Source: Chrysomallon squamiferum
Lineage: Eukaryota > Animalia > Mollusca
Length of the DNA stretch: 64,000 bases
Assembly: GCA_012295275.1 (NCBI GenBank)
Contig: CM022672.1
Span: 23,436,001 to 23,500,000 of the forward strand
Reading direction: 5' to 3'
Positions within the stretch are counted from its first letter, which is position 1. Each line of letters starts with the position of its first letter. The position numbers were made by a program, and so were the translations under genes. The notes below the pieces were generated by a model. It had not been told where the DNA came from, did not search any database, and saw only the letters and a program-made list of their open reading frames with translations. Positions 15,454 to 30,536 of this stretch are shown here, piece by piece.

Positions 15454-17005
15454 TGTAACCTTAGGATGACCATTCATCACAGTATCTTAATAAAATAATT
15501 TTATTACTTGTTTTTACTCGGGTTCACGGTGACGGGAAATGAATGTATAGTAAATTTCTTATGACGTGACGCAGTCTCCTGTGTGACTTTAATAAGTGTC
15601 TTGCCATGTTTTAGTATGATGTCCTCCGGGTTTCTACATGGTCTCTTGCCGCAAGGCATATCTATCTATACGTTAATCGAATTAGACCACAGCGTTCAAG
15701 GCGAGAATTCGCTGACATTTTGACAGCAATCTAGTCAACATCTATATTCTGGATTCTTTCACTCATTTCGAGCTGAAATATCAAGACTGATGATTGTTAT
15801 TGTTTCTCAGATTATATACATTTGAAATAACTGTTTAGGAATATGTATAATATATATATATATACATATATCTATATACAAAATTGGTATATATAATTAC
15901 ATATATAAAATATATATATATACATATATATATATACTTAAAGAAAGACAAACATAGGTCAAGAAAAAGAGAAAAACGTAGATATATCAGAGGTAGATAA
16001 AAAGCTAAACACAGAGGAACATAGTCTCTCTCGAGAGAGAGAGAGATGGGAGAGAGATGGAAGGAGGTGGGAGGGCGACATGTATTGAACAATGTTTAAG
16101 TTCATCTAGATGACCGAGTGACATGTTCGTCTGGCTTCGGTGTCCGGACGACTGCATCTGACATTTGTGAGTCGTGATTGAATTTCGTTTTCCTCTGCCA
16201 GTGCGTTCCCGAATATTGACCATACGCAGAGTTTAATCAGATGTCCGTAAGACAAAGAATATCCATGACTAAATATATACGCACAAATATACATTATATA
16301 CGTATGTGCATGCATACACACAAATACATTTGTGCATGCATACACACAAATACATTTACTCATGCACAAACATGCGCTAACATACACATACACACATAAA
16401 CTCACACTAACATTAACATACAAGAACATTCACACACACATACACACACACACGCACATACATACAGTCGAACCACTTCCAAACGCCATCGTTATTGTGA
16501 GACAAACATTTTGATCTCTGTCCAGATTCAGATTACTCGTATTAGCCGCAGATTGGAAAATAATGTCTAGAATATTTTCTCGTAGCTGTAGATGCACTTT
16601 AAAACATGCTGAGGAGTAGATTGTAGCGTGACACAGTTAAACACCCCAGTAATTGGTTTGTCTGTGTTGATTAGCGTACAAGCGATTCCTCCATGCACGA
16701 TGATGTCCTGTGGGATGCTATAACTATATTACTATCTGTAAGAGCCAAAGCTTTTATTCTTTTATTTCACTTCATAGATGTTTACCTTGTCCAAACGTGT
16801 TTTATTGTGCTCGGTATGCGAAATGGAAATACTTCACATGATTAAAAAGTAGTGCATTATTAATGAATGTCAAAGGTGTTTTGTTGAGTGTTCTTTCTTT
16901 TTGACCAGATATGCGTGTTTGCCTACGACAAATTCTTTTCTGCTGCAAATAATTAAAAAAAAATCATCTTACGCATTACATAATTGAATGCTTCACATTA
17001 TTAAT

Positions 17006-17058
<53 letters not shown>

Positions 17059-17169
17059 GTATTTTAAAGTGTTTTAGACATATTCTCTCTCATTCATTCT
17101 TTCTTCCTCATTTCATTCTGGACGTTTTCTGGATGTGTATGCATCTATGCATCTATGAGTGTGTGTGTG

Positions 17170-17230
<61 letters not shown>

Positions 17231-17430
17231 TGATGTATATACTTACAATCTGTCAGTTCTTTCTTTCTTCTACTGTAATGAAATATATTCGTTTACTTAT
17301 TCAGCCAGTGACAAAACTAGCTGTCAAAGTAGCTTATTTGGTTGTTCTGTTAATTCAACGGCCAGAAGCAGTAACAGATGAATATCGTGCAGACAAACAA
17401 CGGGCCGCCAAATAACGACAATCAATACTC

Positions 17431-17460
17431 CCTCGAGATTCGAACCCGCGTCTCTCGTCT
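17431..17460 (-). mobile_element. tRNA-like B-box remnant (probable SINE head, not a tRNA gene)
   Basis: The minus strand reads gcgGGTTCGAATCtcg, a T-loop/B-box with a short stem. No A-box or cloverleaf is discernible. Confidence 0.35.
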
Positions 17461-18382
17461 GACCTTTCACTTCATCGTCCCTCTAGTCTGTCAGGTATCA
17501 TTTTAACATCAGTAACTGGTTATCGGCAAGATCTGCTCAATTCAATCAGAGATACTATAATTCAATTGACACCATTCGAAATCGGTTTCTCACCGAGTCA
17601 CGTGTGCAATCAATTGCTTCGTCGTTTGATACGTCAGTAGCAATTTGTTAGTGCTCAGTGTACATAGATCCCTGTATGTCTGTGTTCAGAAGTAATTCAA
17701 TTAATTGTGATCCGCACTGAAATATTATAATTCGATCGACGATGTTAACAATCTGCTTTTCTTCAAATGGCATTACAATGATTTGCTTTGTGCTTTGATA
17801 TAAGAACATTGTTTGTGATCGCTTATAACATGTATGTATATCCCTGTGCGTCTGTAGATCTGTTTCCAGTCAATAATTAAGTTATATAATACCTCTCGAA
17901 ATGGTATGGATAAATTGGAACTTTTCTGAATCTATTCTATCTATCTCTAGTTATTTATATAATCTATAGCTTTACCATTCAAAATCTATTTTATTCAGTA
18001 GTATCTACATACTTAATTATGCGTCTTCATTATATGATTCAGAAAGGACTAACAATTACTTTGCCATTTAGTACTAGACTAATCTTGTTTATTAAGAGCA
18101 TACAGTTCGTGCATGCTTCGGTATATCTGCATGCAACGTAATTTTATATGCGTGCTAAATTCGGACTATACGTGTACCCAGACTCATGATGTTTTCTTGA
18201 TGCAATTTTACAGTGTTGTAATCGCGACATATAATTATAAAGAAATGTGATGAAATAGAGATCAATGGTTTAAATATGTCATGTGGTTTCGTACGTATGT
18301 TTGTGTATTATGCATCTGTGCAAGGATGTATGCTTGTATATAGATATATATGTGTATGTATGTGTGTGCGTGTGTGCGTGTA

Positions 18383-18417
<35 letters not shown>

Positions 18418-19278
18418 GTCAAAATGTATAAATATATATATTTTAATATGTATATGTGTATGTATGTATGTATGTCTTAGTGTATATTTTGTAGATTATG
18501 TATGAATGAATGTATGTTGTGTGTGTGTGTTTTCATTAAATATATATGTTACATATTCTGATATTTTAAATAAGTCTGATTAGACTTTGCACATAGACAA
18601 TTATTCGGGAACGCATAGGACAAATATCACATTCATATATGTAGTTCTGTTTGTGTTGATATATGTATGCATGAATTTATGTGTGCGTGTGTGTTTGTGT
18701 TTGTTTGTACGCACGTACGCACGTATGCATGTATATAAGAACACAAATTTAAATTTACTCTTATTTATTTTTTTCAGTAGGGAGAGATCCAGACACCCCC
18801 GATTTCCTAATGGATCTTTGGCCAGAATGGCTTGATTTCATTTCGTGATTGACTGATAACACAATTTCCAATGCTTGCCGGATTCAGAGGAAATATTATT
18901 AAGACAGATCATTTTGAATGGCATACTTTTTATTTTCGTCATTCAAGTATTAAAAGCAGTGATATCTTGAGACGAAAATAGTTTGTTCTGGCACATTTTT
19001 ACTCTTGTTCGCACAAGCCGTCAAGACAGGTTTTGAGTTCGTTATGTCTTATTTAGGCAAATATACTTCTCTAATACGCTGGCCTGCAAAATGTCTAATT
19101 TAGGAGACTCGCTCAGGATTATTCTATACTGACTTGTGCTCTTCAGATGTCAACGTAATGAATGAAACTTCACTAAATTTACTACATTTTTCAATACTAA
19201 TGAAGTTAATAAAAATTATAGAATGTTTCTCTTTACATAGATGTAATCAAAGGAAATGAATAATGTCAGTTCGCGTGT

Positions 19279-19363
19279 ATATGTTTGTGTGTATGTATTA
19301 CATTATCACTGATAGTTTTGCAGAAATAGGTAAGCAGATAAATAGAAAATATTTTTATGTGAA

Positions 19364-19416
<53 letters not shown>

Positions 19417-19554
19417 TCACATAAATAGATTTTCTATGGCACCCATTATCATTGACAGCTTTACACACATTCACACAAATAGATTTTCTATTTATCTGCT
19501 TACCTATTTCTGCAAAGCTGTCAATGATAATGTCATACATACACACAAACATAT
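19279..19554. repeat. Nested fold-back: 92-bp inverted arms (19279-19370 and 19463-19554) around a (TA)n-containing spacer
   Basis: tgcagaaataggtaagcagataaatagaaaat on the left is mirrored by attttctatttatctgcttacctatttctgca on the right. The arms are roughly 90% identical by eye. Confidence 0.9.
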
Positions 19555-20216
19555 GTATATATATATATGTTAGCGTATTACTTTTACGCTTTGTTGTTTT
19601 GATTTTGGTGCACTTTTTTTCTCTTAGGTCTTTTGTTTTATTTTTTAAAACAATTTTTAATGTTATTTATTTATTTATTTATTTATTATTTTTTGTTTGT
19701 TTTATTGTTATTGTTGTTTCTCTTTCCGCTAGTGCATTTTTGCCGAAGTTTTTTTGTGTTTTTTCTGTTGTTATTGTTCTTATTTTTACTGGCGTTTTTT
19801 TCAAAATATTCATGTCACTTAACTGCTATGTCGAATTCTTGACTCCTACCTTGTAAGAAGCGCTCAGAATTTTAATCACTTTATCATGTTGGTCATTAAC
19901 AATTGTAATCAAATCATTAAACGTTTGAGTGAAGCATTTAATCTTTAGTTCACTCAAAGTTCACTCACCGACATTAGACAGAAATCTGTTGGGCAGCAAG
20001 ATCTGTCATGTGTTGATATTGAGAAACAAAAATCTTTTCTTACTCATAAACGACTGTAAACGAGAATGAAACTGTTACGTTAAATATTGTTATTTCTATC
20101 TTATGTTACCTATTATATATTATCTACGTTCTTTTTCTTTGTTTTCCTTTGGAATTATTTTATTTATTTATTTATTTTATATAAAAATGATATATCTATG
20201 TTGTTTGTACTGCAAA

Positions 20217-20218
<2 letters not shown>

Positions 20219-20275
<57 letters not shown>

Positions 20276-20322
20276 CACATATACATACATACATATATAT
20301 ATGGTTTAGAATATATATATAT

Positions 20323-20359
<37 letters not shown>

Positions 20360-20378
20360 TATATATATATATATATAT
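20219..20378. repeat. Compound (GT)n/(TA)n microsatellite
   Basis: Direct reading. Confidence 0.96.
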
Positions 20379-22802
20379 TTCTAAACCATTTGGAATTTCT
20401 TTCTGATGGCTATCTATCTTTTTATGGTCTTTTTCTTTATTTCTGATACTTTTTTTTTATAAATTAAATGAAATTCATACTTTACAGATAATCTGAGTTT
20501 TCTTCTGATTTTTTTTTTTATCAATCTTTGAGATCCTTTTTATTTACACAAATCGAGGAATTTTTACAAAAGGAAGTTTCTTCAGTAACATGTTGCTATT
20601 TACAGAAGGAAGAAGGAGATTTTTTGTTTAAAGAGGAACTTAACACTTTTTATAACCTACGTTTCTAATGATTCATACATTATAATTAAGGATGGCACAT
20701 TACTATTAATTAGGCATGTAAACAGGCGATAAAATATATCTATGTAGCTATATAGGTATTCATTATTCAAATAAAAGATAAATATATCCAAGAGAAAATA
20801 AATTAACAGGTTGACTTATACTCTTAGCAAAATGTGTCTTACGAAAATCACTTGTTCTTACTAAATCACATTTAGTACATTACAATTAGTACACTAGATG
20901 ACATAGTAATTGACATCGTTGTAATAAAACAAAGAAGAATGCACAAAAATAGTCCTTGCTGCTAATGGATAAACCAAAGGATATTATCTCTCAGCACAAA
21001 ATTAGTATAGCCAGAATGATCAGCTATTTAACAGGCAGTAGAATATTAATCTGTGATATCTCTTAGAAAACAAACATTATTAGACTTTTTATAAGCTTAT
21101 GATGCACATAATTTATTCAGAGTAATTCAGTTTAAAAACATTTTTAACAGCTGATATGTCTTCATTCATATCTTCATTATGTATTTGCTTACAACAAAAT
21201 CAGCCATGTACACAAACAGATCATGTTTAGTATTTCATTTTAAATACTAACAAAGAAATCCACAATAAATAAATAATAAATAAATAAATAAATAAATAGA
21301 GATAAAAATCAGAAATAAAGGATTTATGAACAGTTTTATAATCAAGAGAGAAAACAAAACGTTTAAGATTGATAACTTGACCATTTTCTGAGTGAATTTG
21401 TGAGAAAAATACTACAGATGATCATGGAATGATGTACAGTGAATACTACCCTTTCGTTTATCTGATCAGTCCTTTAACAAAACGATCAAGGACATGCTAG
21501 ATGATGACGTTAATAACCCAGATATTCTTATATGATCACGTAAGCACGTTTCAAGCAGTTCATTCACTGATTAATATTTTTCACATCTCAGAAAAAAGAA
21601 AAAAAAAAAGAAAGAAATGAGATTAAAAATAAAAGAAGAAAGAGAACACATTTTACCGCGACAGTCAATGAAACGTCATTTTGTTTGTCTTTGATAAAGC
21701 GCAAAAACTGAAAACAGCTTGACTTGAAGCCATGTCGTTTGTCAGTAAAGTGCTTCAAAAAAAACCAAAATGCAACGCTAAAACGAGACACTTTTCAGAA
21801 ATCCATTTCGTTCAGAATGATATTTATAACGTTCTTGTGATCCGAGATACGTCTAAGCACTGACTATTTTCGTTTCAATAAAGTCTACTTGCAACGTTCT
21901 TGCCAGTATTTAAAGTAAATAAAACGAGATGAGATCAAAGTAAAACAGCTAGCATTGAAAAGAAGTACGAGACATTGAATTAAAAAGGATATGAAGGACG
22001 ACGAGATTTAAGCTTATAGAGGTTAAAAAAATAATAAAATAAAGTCGTATCACTGATATTTATTTTTTTGCACAAATATAAGGAAAAAGGAAACGAAATT
22101 AAATGTGACGGTTTTGCTGTGGTTTTTTTTGATGACGTCTGTTACCATTAGAAATAGCATCTGGTTTAGCGTCTTGATATAAATTAAATTAAAGTTATGG
22201 CTTTAACTAGTTATAATAAGTTATTTTATAGCATGAAATTTTATGTCATATTAGTAACATAGGAAAGTTCTCATCTTAGATAAGTGTATATATGACATTA
22301 ATATTAATAAGCTAATTTCTGCCATATACTAGGTCAAAGACATTTTGTTTTGATATTATAATATGTACAACTAACTAATCAAAACCTTATATTTCCTAGT
22401 ATTTACCAGCATATCACATAAAATACGAACAAGTAATATATTTCTATTTATATAATTTATCATCTTAAAATTAATGTTCCAGCTGTCATATTTCAATCGG
22501 GATTGGGGAAGGATTATTTGAATAAAATCGGTGATATGATTATTTCCATTTCTGATCATAATTTTGTGTGTGAGAATAGTCTTTACTTCTTTACCATTTT
22601 ACTTCACAGGCTATTCTTGTCAGCTGGCAGGAAATTATCTTTTACATCTTTTCAGACAACAAGGATACACAAGGACTTAACATTTCCATTTAAGTTTCTC
22701 CAGGTATGGTAAACAGATATGTATGCAATTCACACTAACAATATTGTTTATCTCTCCTGAATTTTTAAGCTAGAAATAATTACTTTGAAAAGACCTTTTT
22801 TA

Positions 22803-22805
22803 TAT

Positions 22806-22837
<32 letters not shown>

Positions 22838-22879
22838 TTTAATTTAATTTAATTATTTATTTATTTATTATTATTATTT

Positions 22880-22953
<74 letters not shown>
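22803..22953. repeat. (TTTA)n followed by an (AG)n microsatellite
   Basis: Direct reading. Confidence 0.96.
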
Positions 22954-22956
<3 letters not shown>

Positions 22957-24421
22957 CCTAATCCGACTGAGAGGAAAGTACGAAACAAGAGAGATAACTA
23001 TAAATGATATGAAGTTTTGTCATTAAAGGAGTTGTCTCGTTCAGTGACTGATGCTTTGCTTTTATTTTATGCACATAAATATATTATAAAGACTGAGCCA
23101 CCGGTCACTGAAAATAACAAAATACTAGCAGGCTCGGTACCCATAAATGTGCATTCAATAGATGATTTTTTTTGTGCGTGTGTGTGTCTGTGTGCGCGTT
23201 AAGCAGTCAGTTATTCATTCCGATAATTATAAAATTTACCTAGTTTTCAAGACACTTGGAAGAACGATTTGGGGGGTAATAAATACATATTTCAACTTTT
23301 AATCTATAAACAAGAAGTTAAGATGGGTCGGAAAATTATTTCTCCAAACATCTTCCAGGTTAATTTACATTCCATCCTTACATTAGCTTCGATATTGTTA
23401 TTACTGTTATTGGTGTTCTTACTGTACTTGTTTTTGGTTAGTGTTGTTGCTGTTTTTGATGTTATTATTATTATTATGGTTCTTTGCGTTCGTATTTTGA
23501 TGGTTTAAAATTAAAACAAAGAGCAGAATAGTTTTGCTTAAATCAACACCTTCACGTTTCATCTTCATCGTATATCCTTCATCGTCACCGTATTTTTCAT
23601 CATTCTTATTATTTAATAAAGGGTTAAGCTTCTTTAATCTTTCTTCAAGACATGACAGAGTTAAATGGGCGGCATCCATATTGTCGAGATAATTCTGCTT
23701 TGTAATTAATGACAGTCAAAAATGGCTGATGGCTGTACTGGCAAGTGTAAAAGATGTCTGGCTTTTGTAGCAGAGAAGATCGGGCGTGGTTGATGTCACA
23801 AAGACCACGTTCATGACTCTGTATCTAGAATCATCAGCGTCGTCAACAACGTCTCTTAGACAGTACTGCCATTCGCATCGCCAACCAAATTGAATTTAGA
23901 GGGTCCGTACGAGTTAGGAAGCAGACGGCCAGTGTTAGATAGGCTGCGATGATTTGTAACATTACACTGAAGCCGTGGAATATTCAAAAGTGCATTATGT
24001 ATTTTTCTTTATCGTAATTTGTATGAATAGTTTAAAATAACAAATTCTATGACGTCATTTATTTGTCTTAGTTGACAAGAAGAATTTAATAACTGGAATT
24101 CTATTATATCATTTCTTTGACATATTTTGTTTTATAATTTTAATTGAGGAAGTAATTAGAATTTTATAGCAAAAACACAAACTCTTTCTCACACCACTAT
24201 CATCATCGCCAGCATATTTACCTTGCTACCATGATAGAAATAGCTACCACAAAAAAGACAACAATAACAATTACTGTCACTAGTATTAATCCTATTACTA
24301 CGACTTGACAATAAGTATTATGTTCTTTTATTTTCATCTTTTAACATGGGAAAGAAATATTGTTACTCTTAGTATTATTACTCTACTATTGGTATCTCTT
24401 CCAATAGTATTACTGCTAATG

Positions 24422-24503
<82 letters not shown>
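24422..24503. repeat. Compound (CTA)n(TAA)n microsatellite
   Basis: Direct reading. Confidence 0.97.
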
Positions 24504-26288
24504 GCAATTCATAGTAATGACATTATCAGAGCACGCGATGGAACGTTCAAAAATTATTTAAAATACGTATCTTGTTTATTATTTTCGCCATAATATTCTC
24601 ATTATGAGTTATAAATCAACGAAATTCCTTCTGTTATTATTATTCATTACTAATAAATACACAGAATTATTATGAATTATATGAATTATATTCAGTAAAT
24701 ATTATAACATAAGTGAAGAGGATTTATTATGATATACTGAATAAAATTAATAACTGCCTAACTATCAGTCATAATTATTAACTTCTGTCCATTAGATGTC
24801 GTTAAGAATATTTCTTAAATGGTACAATAAAATCAAGAGTCTTAGTTACAGCTTGCTTACGTGACTATTAAGTATTCTTCAATTAGGATAAAACAGGGCT
24901 AGCGATATGAAACTGGTCAAAATATGTACGCGATGCCAGACGAAATAATTTGCAATGGCCTACAAAAAGTCTACAGTGTCGAAAGATACAATTTCTTTAG
25001 CTTCTAAAACAAGAAAGACGCTATCGTATTTGCAATTTGTGACAATCCCGTCGAGTAATATAATTGTCTTCTTCCTTAAATCTTCTCTTCTTGTATTGCC
25101 AACTACTGAGCAATGATAAAGTGACGTTCTCACTGCGCAACGTTTAATGATAATTTGTTGTGTAAAAAGGACATTTTTCAGCATGTTTTTATGTGTTGAA
25201 TATCATGGAAACGGTTAAGTAGAACTAAAGAGACAGAAAGAAAGACAGAGAAAAGACAGATACTGAGAGATAGTTAGGCTGATAAAAATGCCAGAGAGAT
25301 AGCTAATCTGGAAACCAAAGGAAATAACTCTTGTTTCATTGTTAGTACTAGAGTTTGATTAGAGTAGAAAATATGAATTTTCTGATGGTTATGATTTCAC
25401 ACGACTTACAGAAAGCAATTCCAGGTTTTTTTTACGTTTTAGGTATTCTTATAGAATGAATCAATCCTATGCTTTGAATTGCCATTTTGAATTACTACGA
25501 ACAATGTTTTCTTTTTTGTTTACGGATAAAAAAAATAAAAATAAAAATAAACACTCTACTTTTCGTTTTACAACGAGAAGTTTGAATAAAAAATAATAAA
25601 GAATCCATGATATCCAAACGCTATAATGACCACTCTCTCAAAAATGAGAGTTCCCACAGTCAGCATTACAAGTTGCGTGGTGGGAACACGGCTTTAATGG
25701 ATTCGACCACGCAAGACAAAGACAACGGATGGAGATTAATTGCTGGAACATGGGGATACTAATGAACTGGCGTTTGACATGCAGTTACAGTATGGTGTCC
25801 GTCTCTAGTTTTTATTTCTTCCCTTGCTATAATTTTATTAGAGTAGTCGCGCAAGAAACGTCCCCAAAGAAAAGTTCTTTATAAGCAAAAGACGACAGCA
25901 TTAATTAGGTGAGGAAATAAAATATTTATAAAGAGATATGTTTAATTATCTTGTCTAATAAAGCTTTTCTGAATGCAATGGTAAAAAGATTGCCGTCGCC
26001 AATATTTTTTTTACCAGATATATGAGTAGAATATTAATATGCTATACATTCGTTTATTCCATGCAAAAATCTTAATGCTCTTACACAAAATAATAACTGA
26101 GAAACACTCAATAATCCGTTTACAGAGTTGACGCCTTGAATTAAGGACGACAACGAAAGAATTTCTCAAGACATCTATTACTTTCAAAATGCCTAGTGGC
26201 TCCGTTCGTTATATACATTTTTTTTACAGAATGTACCAATAAAAATAGTATTAATAACAACAGACGATGACGGCAACGACGACAATGA

Positions 26289-26323
26289 CAACAACAACAA
26301 CAACAACAACAACAATAATAATC

Positions 26324-26372
<49 letters not shown>
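26289..26372. repeat. Compound (CAA)n(TAA)n microsatellite
   Basis: Direct reading. Confidence 0.96.
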
Positions 26373-26374
<2 letters not shown>

Positions 26375-29300
26375 GAACAAATGTTACGTTATAATTTGTA
26401 TCATTTTACTGTAACAATTAGCTGCCATTATTCGACAACTGTGTTTTTCTTAACCTTTAATAATATTAACAATAATGGCGATGAAGACATCTTAATTTAA
26501 TTACAATCACTTAAAGAAAAACTTTGCTTGATACATGCTGGTTATGGCTGGAACATAGTGTTCAGTGATTACACAGTTTATGTAAAAAAATGGGTTCGTG
26601 TGCGTACGTCGCCTTTGCTGTTTAGAAAAAAAAAACATAACATCTCAGAAAAGTATTTTTCTCGCATTCTTGAGCATTAATTTCATAATTATTGTTCTAT
26701 GAATGGTTTATGTATAACACATATAAAATAAATAAATAAATAAGAATAAAAAAGTGCGTCATTTAAAACAAAAACTGTTAGAAATGACATTCTTTCCAAC
26801 AGGAATTGAACAGTCTTTGAAAATTATTGCATGATGTAATGGGAAAGTGTACAGAATTAGACTACGTATTCCAAATAACAATTAAGCACTTAACAAGATT
26901 GTGGTGTTTTTTACCTCATGTTTGATTCCTAGAGCAAGTTTGAATTCTTATTAAATTGACTTTCTTCTTTCTTCTTCTTTTCCCTAATTTACTTTTGCTT
27001 GCGCTGTCTCTGAATTTATTTATTAATTTATTTATTTGTTGGTTAGTTAGAGTGTTTTTTTTTTTTTTTTTTTTTATTATTAATTCTTTTTCTTATTCTA
27101 AATATTAGGATTTAATGCGAATTTATTTTAAAATAATGCATTTTGTAACATTAAAAACAAAATGATTCGAAATAACTTTCTTTTATTTTTAAAATTTTTA
27201 AACTGTAATATAAATTTTGAAGTTTTATTGTTTTAGAGAAACTTCATAACGTCAAACATATTTTGTAGTAAATAAAACAATACTGAAAGAATTTTAAGCA
27301 ATCTAAATTACTTTTTCTTTTCATTTCAGTATATTTATTATTTCTTATCATTATATTTTTAAATATCAATATTGTTATTATGTAAAAAAAAAAAAAAAAA
27401 AATAAAAAATAAAATAAAAAAATAAAAAATTATAATTTTTTAAAACAGGCCTTAAACGATTTAAATTATGATACCATTGTATTTAATCAGCACCTTGAAG
27501 CTAAGCTCCGATTAGAAAGGATTTTCTGTATGTTACGCATTTGAAACATATTTCATAATAATAATACCAAAAAAAAAACAACCTTTGCCAGTACTCAGCA
27601 GTAATAACTTTGGCTTAAAAGTTTATGTCATTTAAAACCATCTGCGTAAGCTGTGTAATTCGTCTTGCCTAATGTTTCAGATACGTCGATATGCAGATAA
27701 TAAATAGACAACTCAGTGGGAATGTCTGACATCAAGTTTGTTCTGATATGACCTGCAGAAAATCGTCGTTATTATCCGACACGTCGAGGCTCCCGTGATT
27801 CTGGCGGCGGAAACACTCTTTGAGCGAAAATGTTTCATTATTGGTTAACATTGTCGTTGCAGATTTAACATTTTCGTTACACATGCCCGTTAGTCAGTAA
27901 ATACGGAGCGTTTGGCTTCCTTCGCGTACGGACAATAGGTGAAAAAGAAAAAAAAAGAAGAATTAGAAAAAGTAATTCTCTCTTTCCGATGGCATGCGTT
28001 TGTATTGGATCAACTCGATATCTTTGTCAAGTCTGACAAGATTAAAGGGGCTACGATGACATCTAACAGCCCTTGTCAATTGGTGGTTTGATTTCAAATT
28101 GCTTCCAGCTTAGAACGCCGCAGCCGTCTTGGAAAATTAATGATTAAATTTCTGTGAATTGTTGAAGAGAAAATTACTCATCTCAGACAATAACGGACTA
28201 GCAGACGCACAGCTGCGCTAGTATGTGAGAACGTACGAATATTCCCACTTAAAAATATACATCTTTAACAAGAATCGCTTGCCACAAAGAAGATTGTTTC
28301 TAAAGCTTGAAATATGTAACGGAAGCGAATCTCTTGGTGAAGTCTTCGATATGGAGGACACGTGAAAAACAAAAAGAAAATCCCGGTCACAAACGAATAA
28401 TAAAAATAGCAAAAACGATGAAACTAAAAATAGCGAAAAAGTGTACTGAAGTGAATAATAAAGAAAAAATAACCCCTAACAGCAATAGATAATAATTTAG
28501 AACATAATAATAATTATAAATAAAGCACAATTCGTTTATACCAAAAAGCGAAATAGCTTATCGAAACGGCTCGGGAAATGAAGTTCAGTAAACGTTTTAA
28601 AAACTAGAAGCAGGATTGCTGGTAATTGATGTAGGAAACTGCGGGGACGCTGATGTGAGCACGACTACCAGTGCGAGGTCAGCGAGGGTCTGCTAACGAG
28701 AAACCGCCAACTTTGTCTTTGTCACGTTCTTTGATGTACTCCAGTCCGCAATCTCACTGATACCAATCTTCAAGTACCATGTTTTGTTTTCATTTACAAT
28801 TTTCAGTTTGATATCTTTTGGTTTCATTCCTTTCTTATTTTCATCCTTCTTTTCTTTCCATTTTATTTTTTTTTATTATTATTTTTTTTTTTTTTTTACC
28901 ATATCTAATTATTTTGCTTTTGCCTATTTCTTTTTTTTTGTATTTGTTTGTTTCATGCTTCTTTATTTTTCTTTCTCGATTCATTCGTGATTTTCTATTT
29001 TTCCTTTTCCTTTATTTCTTATGTGCATTTCCTTTACTACTATTCCTTCTTGGTTCTTTCCTTTTTATTTATTTCTCTTTTCTTCCTTTCTGTTATCTTT
29101 ATTGCTGTCTCCATTAAGAGATGCATAATGACTTAATCATTCCGGAACCTTCTAATACAATCTGATATTTCATTTGAAAAACAACATATTTTTCATGTCC
29201 TTTTTAACACTACATGCTTCCTATCGTCGTGTACTTCCTATTTCCGAGCCACAATTTTTCTTTGTACGTGTCTATCATCCTTTCCAAACTGATTTTTTTT

Positions 29301-30536
29301 TCCCTTACAAATTCAATAATTAAAATTGTTATTTATGTTTTCGGAAGATAGTTCATTAATTATTTCTGAAAAGATGTAAATGAGAAACGTATGTAACACT
29401 GAAAACGGAATTTATTTAAATGAAATATTGTAAAAGAAACATATGATAATAACAAACATTAAATAAACTGTATATTCATAATGACTAAATCTTGTGCATC
29501 CGAAATCAAGAATATATTAAATTAAAAAAAAAAGGTTATTAAATATCAGCTTGTCCGTTTCTGAAATTATTAAATTTAATGAAAAAAAATCAACAAATGT
29601 GTCCATATTATAAAGTATACTACTGAAGTGATATATATTTTCAATATAATACTAAATACATCTTATAATCTACATATAATAAATTATCTTACAGTTCTCC
29701 TTCTCCTCACTGTTTTCCTTCATAGAAAAAAAAATCAGAAAACATTTTATCTTGAAAGTTATTATATTATAACAATACCGCTTGATCTGGTAGAATTCTG
29801 GATCCGTCTCCGATGCTTTGAAATAAGAAAACATTTGTACTGTCGAAGACAAATTGTTTTAATTACAAAGCCGAAGTAATCGCCCAAGAGTATGACTGTC
29901 TGTTTGCCTGTAAGTAAATTGGTATTATCAGCAAATATGATGTGTATATTTATTTATATATGCATGTTGGTAGGTAGGTAGGTAGCTAGGTACATAGTAA
30001 ACAGGTATGCAGGTATATAATTATGTACATCTACACTCAGTATAATATGCTTTATATTTCATTTACAGCACAGAAATTCACTGTTGTAATGTATATCTTT
30101 CCGAAGTAATTTATTGACTGACTTCAAAATATATAAATACCCTTTGTAATTCTTTTGAATTTATAAGGAAATAAATTTATTTTCTAATCACTAATAGAAA
30201 TGCTACAAAGAATATGTTAATTAATGTTGAAAATAAGAAGCTCAGGAAAGAAGCCACATGTGGCATATAAAATGGTAAGACAAATACAATGTTCTTCAAA
30301 AGAAGCGAACTGGAATGTTCGGGAATGGTCTTGTCCTTTTATACATGAGAGCCATGGTATTCAGCCCTCTTTCCATCTGTCTAGAAACATTATTTATTTA
30401 TTTATTTTCAAAATCTCGCAGTCGAAAATTTATATCGGTTTGGGATATTCTGAAAACAGCTATATGTCTGTATCATTACAGCCGTACTGAGCAACATTCT
30501 ACAGAGTGCTCTCTTTTCTCACTTTGTCTATCCACC

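Noticed and set aside
17431-17460. tRNA gene
   Set aside because: Only a T-arm/B-box-like motif is present, with no acceptor, D or anticodon arms.
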